10,479 nt of DNA from Methanosarcinales archaeon (GTDB taxonomy: Archaea > Halobacteriota > Syntropharchaeia > Alkanophagales > Methanospirareceae): positions 1 to 10,479 of the forward strand of contig QMVO01000038.1 of NCBI GenBank assembly GCA_003661125.1, in the 5' to 3' direction. Shown here piece by piece: positions 6,478-10,479 of this stretch (the stretch's first letter is position 1; every line of letters begins with the position of its first letter). The notes beneath the pieces were generated by a model. It was not told the origin of the DNA and made no database searches. It saw only the letters and a program-made list of their open reading frames with translations. The position numbers and the translations under genes were made by a program.

Positions 6478-7608
6478 TCATTTATTTTCATTTTTTATGG
6501 CAAACTCTTCTGACAAATAACTATATATCTTACTTGCTAATTTTTTATCATATTCTTGTGCAAAATACCGCATACAAGTTCTTTTATCGTGAACAATATC
6601 TAAATTTTCTTTCAAATACTTCTCTTTTATCTCCGCTTTAAATCTTTTCTCAAAAGCTACTTCATTCATTATCTTGCGAATCCTCTCTTCTTGTTGTACT
6701 ATATCACTTTCTTGGAACTCTTCTAAAAGCAACGATTTAATCAAATCAAAAGAAGGATTGTCTGTTTCTTCATAGGCGTTTATCACTGTTATTAATATTG
6801 AATGTTTTGGTATTCTATTGTCTTTCCAGTGCACATCCAAAACCAAATCAGGCTTCGCTTTATATTGTATTGCACTTTCTGAGATGACATACCAAACAGT
6901 GCCTTCTATACCTCTTACGATTCCCTCCGTATCCTGAAATATGTTTTCATTAAGCCATTTTCTTAGTGCTTCGTATTCTTCAATGAATTCTATTTTAGAT
7001 GTAAAATTCTTTAAAAGCTTTGCAGTTCTCAATCCATTCAATTTGAGTTCTGTGGGAGGGACTATTTTCTTAGGGAATACACCGAATAGCGCAGCGCAGT
7101 CAAGTAAAGTATCATACTCTACTAATATCTTATTTCTTTTTCCGTATAGTTCAAAGCTGATGTTACATTTATTCTTTAATATTATCTCAGGTATCTCGGG
7201 ATATGTGTCAAGCATTTCGCTCCACAAACTCCGGAAGTTACCAAATCGGGATTCCTCTAACGTTGGTCGTAGTCGTGTTTTATAACTCACAAATTCATTG
7301 CCTTCTGCATCAAAATAAGTATATCCTAAGATATTTGTCCCATCTAACTTTTCATATACTTCTATCCTGTCTACATTTTCAAAATGAATATAATTACCGT
7401 CCCTATCAAAAGGATATACCATCTTTGGTGTAGCCCATACATATTGAGGACATTCTTTATCATTTACATGGGTGATGTAAAGCATCCCATAGGTTGAATG
7501 TCCATCTCGTCTGATATATCCCTTTAATGTATTATTATTAAAGGTATCTCTCACTTCAAACTCTTCTACATTCTTGGAACTGATATTAAAAGGATATTCA
7601 GTCATCAT
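6478..7608 (-). CDS. ATP-dependent RNA ligase-like covalent nucleotidyltransferase (Rnl2/Rnl3-like), 376 aa, with ~50-aa N-terminal extension and ~120-aa helical C-terminal domain
   Basis: Nucleotidyltransferase motifs occur in the canonical order and spacing. Motif I is VYEKLDGTN with K87 (T4 Rnl2 has EKIHGTN; Rnl3 is the KxDGxN type). Motif III is ISFELYGK with E153, 66 aa after motif I. Motif IV is TEGIVRG with E228. Motif V is QYKAK with K250/K252, 22 aa after motif IV. The reverse-strand SD GAGGAG lies 5 nt before ATGATG. Confidence 0.6.
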   Translation of the reverse strand: MMTEYPFNISSKNVEEFEVRDTFNNNTLKGYIRRDGHSTYGMLYITHVNDKECPQYVWATPKMVYPFDRDGNYIHFENVDRIEVYEKLDGTNILGYTYFDAEGNEFVSYKTRLRPTLEESRFGNFRSLWSEMLDTYPEIPEIILKNKCNISFELYGKRNKILVEYDTLLDCAALFGVFPKKIVPPTELKLNGLRTAKLLKNFTSKIEFIEEYEALRKWLNENIFQDTEGIVRGIEGTVWYVISESAIQYKAKPDLVLDVHWKDNRIPKHSILITVINAYEETDNPSFDLIKSLLLEEFQESDIVQQEERIRKIMNEVAFEKRFKAEIKEKYLKENLDIVHDKRTCMRYFAQEYDKKLASKIYSYLSEEFAIKNENK

Positions 7609-7706
7609 TTCTCCTCATTCACTGCCTTGTTCACCACTAATATTTAGTCAGTTAGCATAAAAAGGTTTTCGGTCTTCTGGTTAGAACCATAAGTTCTTAC
7701 TATAAA

Positions 7707-7739
7707 ATTTGTAAACGTCCCCTTTTTATTTCTATTCCG
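7707..7739 (+). promoter_or_regulatory. copy C of conserved motif (ATTTGTAAACGTCCCCTTTTTATTTCTATTCCG); candidate promoter for the major tail gene, in the divergent intergenic region shared with the RNA ligase gene
   Basis: The TATA-like CTTTTTATTT lies ~50 nt upstream of ATG 7780. A leadered transcript would carry the SD AAGGAGGAAG. The 21 nt core is identical to copy B. Confidence 0.4.
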
Positions 7740-7779
7740 ATAAACTTCAACCGAAGAAAAAAGGAGGAAGAAGCAAAAA

Positions 7780-8694
7780 ATGGCAAAAATGCCGATTTCT
7801 GGTGCGAAGGCGATAGAATACGTCGCCGAGGATTCAATAGGGAGTGGTACTTACGGAGTAACACCAGACAATCCAACGATGAAATGGCTCGGATTAGTAA
7901 ATCCATTCACTCCACACATAGCCAAAGGGTACGAAGAAGTACGTTATCTCGGTGCTTACGATGCAACAGATATGTTGCAAAAAATGCGAAATATGAAAGT
8001 GGATGGAGAACTAACCGCATCACTGACTTACAAACCGCAGGATTGGGATTTCATGCAGTATATCACAGGCAGCACTACCGGTCTATCAGACTCTGTCGAT
8101 TCATTAAGCATCGCGCAGTACACAGATGAGAAATGGATATTGTATAAGGGATGTATGCTCACGAGATGGGAACTGACCTTGCCAAAAGAAGGAATTGCAA
8201 CCGTAGATGTGGATATGACAATAGGAGATGTAGCAGACCCGACTGGCACTGATTTCATAGGTACGGGCTCGCATGCATCAGAGAGTACAGATGACCCGTT
8301 CCTGTGGGAAGACATAACAGGACTTAAGATGGATTCTAATGATCCGCCTACTACAGAGATTGCGCATTCTGTCGGCGATCTGACACTCAGCATAACAAAT
8401 GAAGTCGAATTACCGAAAGATATTAGCTCAACGAAATGGACGCGAGCTGAAGGTGCAGTCGTAAAGAAGAGGGACATATCGGTCTCGATGGAATTGACCT
8501 GGGTTGATATTGATTCCTTTTTCACATTAGTGAAAAACGGCACGAAACAAAATTTGCAGTTCACACTCGGTGGTAAGACATTTACTATTAAGGGACTCAT
8601 TCCGCCTGAATACAATCCAGAGATTACACCCGATAACTTTATTGGTGAGACGGTTACATTCCTAATGGACCAGCCAGACTTGACAATAGCGTAG
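7780..8694 (+). CDS. putative major tail protein, 304 aa
   Basis: A strong SD (AAGGAGG) is present. The ORF is located directly upstream of the G/GT chaperone pair and the tape measure gene, the canonical siphovirus order MTP-G-GT-TMP. Its Thr/Asp/Gly-rich composition suggests a beta-rich protein. Confidence 0.5.
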   Translation: MAKMPISGAKAIEYVAEDSIGSGTYGVTPDNPTMKWLGLVNPFTPHIAKGYEEVRYLGAYDATDMLQKMRNMKVDGELTASLTYKPQDWDFMQYITGSTTGLSDSVDSLSIAQYTDEKWILYKGCMLTRWELTLPKEGIATVDVDMTIGDVADPTGTDFIGTGSHASESTDDPFLWEDITGLKMDSNDPPTTEIAHSVGDLTLSITNEVELPKDISSTKWTRAEGAVVKKRDISVSMELTWVDIDSFFTLVKNGTKQNLQFTLGGKTFTIKGLIPPEYNPEITPDNFIGETVTFLMDQPDLTIA

Positions 8695-8806
8695 CTTTAT
8701 ATATACCTAGTGTATAGCGGATTATATATGAGTGCCAGGGTGGGGCATAGGTTAAATTCTATGCGCAGGAAGGGAAAGGCACCATAAAACAAGGAGCAAG
8801 AACAAA

Positions 8807-9229
8807 ATGAGAACGAAAAAGATAGGTAATTACGAGTTTAAATTCTATTCTCGTGATGAAATTACATACGGTGCGATGCAGCGTGTCAAACGATTTTTGA
8901 TGACACGCGTGCTCGCAATGATGAAAGGCGCGGGCAAAGAAGAAGAAATATTCGAGCGGATGTTTGAGAACGCCGATAAACTCGCGGAATATATTCAGCT
9001 TGTACAGGAAGAAGAAGAAACAAATGATATCATTGCTATCATGCTCGTGACGAACAAGGACTACGATGAAATTGCAGATTTACCGATTTCAGTCATTGAA
9101 GCACTCAAGGAAGAAGTAAAAACAGAGGCGGGCGGTGATATTGCGGGTTTTTTGAATGGCTTAGGTATCAGTATCAGCTCGTATCTCGAAACGATGTTCA
9201 CGGAAGAGAAGGGCAAGAAAAAGATGTAA
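8807..9229 (+). CDS. tail assembly chaperone (gpG-like), 140 aa, acidic
   Basis: SD AAGGAG is present. The position between the major tail and tape measure genes is canonical. The ORF ends in a Lys run (KGKKKM) containing an A-rich slippery tract, and the -1 frame is open for 84 more codons. Confidence 0.6.
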   Translation: MRTKKIGNYEFKFYSRDEITYGAMQRVKRFLMTRVLAMMKGAGKEEEIFERMFENADKLAEYIQLVQEEEETNDIIAIMLVTNKDYDEIADLPISVIEALKEEVKTEAGGDIAGFLNGLGISISSYLETMFTEEKGKKKM

Positions 9230-9476
9230 TCAAATCTTTTCTCCCCAAGCCCGCTGGGCAATATGCTGAAGAAATAGCTCAGTGGCTAAAAGGAAAGAGC
9301 ATAAAAGACGACCGCATAATCGAATACACGCTCATGTCTCATTTCGGCTGGTCGGAGAAGACCTTATATGAGACTTCCCTGAATACTATTCAAAATGCAT
9401 TATTTATTTTAGAACGGATTGCAAAGCACGAACAGTTAATTCTTTCCAGATCGCGTAAAAATAAACAGCATTTGTA
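8807..9476 (+). CDS. predicted G-T fusion product made by -1 programmed ribosomal frameshift at AAG AAA AAG (9215-9223), extending to TAA 9474-9476
   Basis: The -1 frame has a stop at 9136-9138 and is open from 9139 to 9476. It overlaps the last ~30 codons of G and continues 83 codons past the G stop. The heptamer G_AAA_AAG lies at the overlap. This G/GT architecture is conserved in tailed viruses. Confidence 0.45.
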
Positions 9477-9500
9477 AACGTTCTATTTTAAACTTTCTAC
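9468..9500 (+). promoter_or_regulatory. copy D of conserved motif (CATTTGTAAACGTTCTATTTTAAACTTTCTAC); candidate promoter for the tape measure gene; TATA-like TATTTTAAAC centred ~28 nt before ATG 9518 (leaderless geometry)
   Basis: It shares TTTGTAAACGTTC with copy A. There is no SD before ATG 9518. The motif contains the TAA stop of the GT extension. Confidence 0.35.
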
Positions 9501-9517
9501 TTTTCCATTAAAATAAA

Positions 9518-10479
9518 ATGCCGGGAAATATTGTGGAGATTATTATAAAAGCAAGAGATTTAGCTTCCTCTGCATTTCGGCAAGTACAAAATCAAATAGC
9601 GACAACTAAAACTATTGGAGTTTCTGTTGCTTCCAAACTTAAGAATGTGGGGAGAGCACTTTATTCTACCGTAAATACATACTTTATTCCTGCAGCTCTC
9701 GCGATTGCAGGAGTTGCATTTGCTATTAAAGGACTTATCGATGCGTTTGGTGATTTTGATATGGCAATGAAAGGTGTGCAAAAGACAACAGGCATGTCAG
9801 AAGAAGAAATCGACGCCCTTGGCGAAGATTTTAAAGAAATGTCTACTCAAATTCCGCTTTCTGCAAAAGAACTCGCTGATATTGGAGCAATTGCCGGTCA
9901 ATTAGGTATTCAAGGTTCTGATAATATTACTACTTTTACCGAGAGTGTAGCAAGAGTTTCAATTGCTCTAGATATGACAGCAGAAGAGGCGGCAACATCA
10001 ATGGCAAAAGTCAGTAATGCTTTTGGGCTACCTGTTACTCAAGCTGATAATTTAGCATCTTCAATTAACACACTCGAAAATACTACTGCAGCAAAAGGCA
10101 GGGATATTATTGCATCTATGACTCGGATGGCAGCATCCGGGGCTCAATTAGGCTTAACTGCTGACGCTGCAGCTGCACTCGCTGCTACTCTCATCGCAAT
10201 GGGAATGCCTGCCGAGCGTGTTGGAACTCGACTCAATACAGCTTTTACACAGATGGCAAAAAATGTTGGGGATATGGCAGCGCAAATGGGGATGTCAGAA
10301 GAGGAATTACGAGCATGGATAGACAGAGATGTAATGGGGGCTCTCAATGCATACATAGAAATGCTGCGCGAAACTCCGAGTGAAATCGATAGAATAACAA
10401 TGGCAAATGAAGTTTTTGGTGCTGTTGGCGGTAAAGCAATTGCATCATTGGCAACAGGTTACGATGATTTACAAACGAA
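9518..10479 (+). CDS. tail tape measure protein, TP901-family type core, N-terminal 320 codons (continues beyond the window)
   Basis: Translated by hand: no stop is reached before the window end. There is an N-terminal hydrophobic helix (YFIPAALAIAGVAFAIKGLIDAF). The characteristic TMP core is present: FKEMSTQIPLSAKELADIGAIAGQLGIQGSDNITTFTESVARVSIALDMTAEEAATSMAKVSNAFGL...GRDIIASMTRMAASGAQLGLTADAAAALAATLIAMGMPAERVGTRLNTAFTQMAK. Confidence 0.85.
   Translation, partial: MPGNIVEIIIKARDLASSAFRQVQNQIATTKTIGVSVASKLKNVGRALYSTVNTYFIPAALAIAGVAFAIKGLIDAFGDFDMAMKGVQKTTGMSEEEIDALGEDFKEMSTQIPLSAKELADIGAIAGQLGIQGSDNITTFTESVARVSIALDMTAEEAATSMAKVSNAFGLPVTQADNLASSINTLENTTAAKGRDIIASMTRMAASGAQLGLTADAAAALAATLIAMGMPAERVGTRLNTAFTQMAKNVGDMAAQMGMSEEELRAWIDRDVMGALNAYIEMLRETPSEIDRITMANEVFGAVGGKAIASLATGYDDLQT

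Noticed and set aside
2922-8129. Same-strand out-of-frame ORFs 2922-3239, 3693-3995, 6329-6520, 6941-7285, 7203-7433 and 7884-8129
   Set aside because: They are nested in alternative frames of longer genes that have recognisable family signatures or ribosome-binding sites. They have no start-site signals of their own.
1805-8615. Antisense ORFs inside long + strand genes (1805-2038, 2362-2598, 2881-3114, 3211-3612, 3258-3542, 3428-3640, 3911-4195, 4084-4320, 5205-5589, 5450-5668, 8028-8615, 9061-9261, 9560-9781, 10144-10356)
   Set aside because: They fall entirely within well-supported genes on the opposite strand and lack ribosome-binding sites. Several are products of the purine-rich tract (Phe/Leu/Ser-rich translations).
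645-9500. Reading the conserved motif as a bacterial sigma-70 promoter (TTGTAA as -35) or as Rho-independent terminators
   Set aside because: With TTGTAA as the -35 element, the sequence 17 bp downstream is never TATAAT-like in any copy (CCGCTT, AAAATA, CTATTC, TTCTAC). There is no GC-rich hairpin preceding the T-run, so an intrinsic bacterial terminator is also unsupported. A T-tract acting as an archaeal terminator remains possible and is mentioned in the findings.
1-10479. CRISPR arrays, rRNA, transposase, integrase or inverted-repeat-bounded mobile elements
   Set aside because: No spaced direct repeats of CRISPR type, no rRNA-like segments and no transposase or integrase-like ORFs were seen on either strand.

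Overview
This window looks like part of the morphogenetic (head-neck-tail) region of a head-tailed virus or provirus with a low-GC genome. Identified on the + strand are an encapsulin-like HK97-fold major capsid protein, neck proteins, a putative major tail protein, a G/GT tail-chaperone pair with an apparent -1 frameshift, and the N-terminal ~320 codons of a TP901-type tape measure protein that runs off the 3' end. Upstream of the head genes are two small Zn-binding proteins, a tRNA-Gln(UUG) gene and a solo HicB-like antitoxin-domain gene. Between the neck and tail genes sits a reverse-strand cassette encoding a covalent-nucleotidyltransferase-type, Rnl2/Rnl3-like RNA ligase and a small hydrophobic protein. 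A conserved ~21-bp motif (TTTGTAAACGTYCC..TTTTTA) occurs four times in the same orientation, each 40-70 bp upstream of a start codon. Its T-rich TATA-like half sits ~26 bp before two of those start codons, which fits archaeal-style, partly leaderless promoters. The tRNA has A1:U72 and A73, which are archaeal tRNA-Gln identity features rather than bacterial ones. Many genes also carry strong GGAGGTGA-type Shine-Dalgarno sequences, which fit either a methanogen-like archaeon or a Firmicute host; I cannot decide between them from sequence alone. The most interesting content is the RNA-directed accessory set (tRNA, solo HicB, RNA ligase cassette) inside an otherwise ordinary structural module. All protein-family calls are from by-eye motif recognition and need HMM or structure confirmation.
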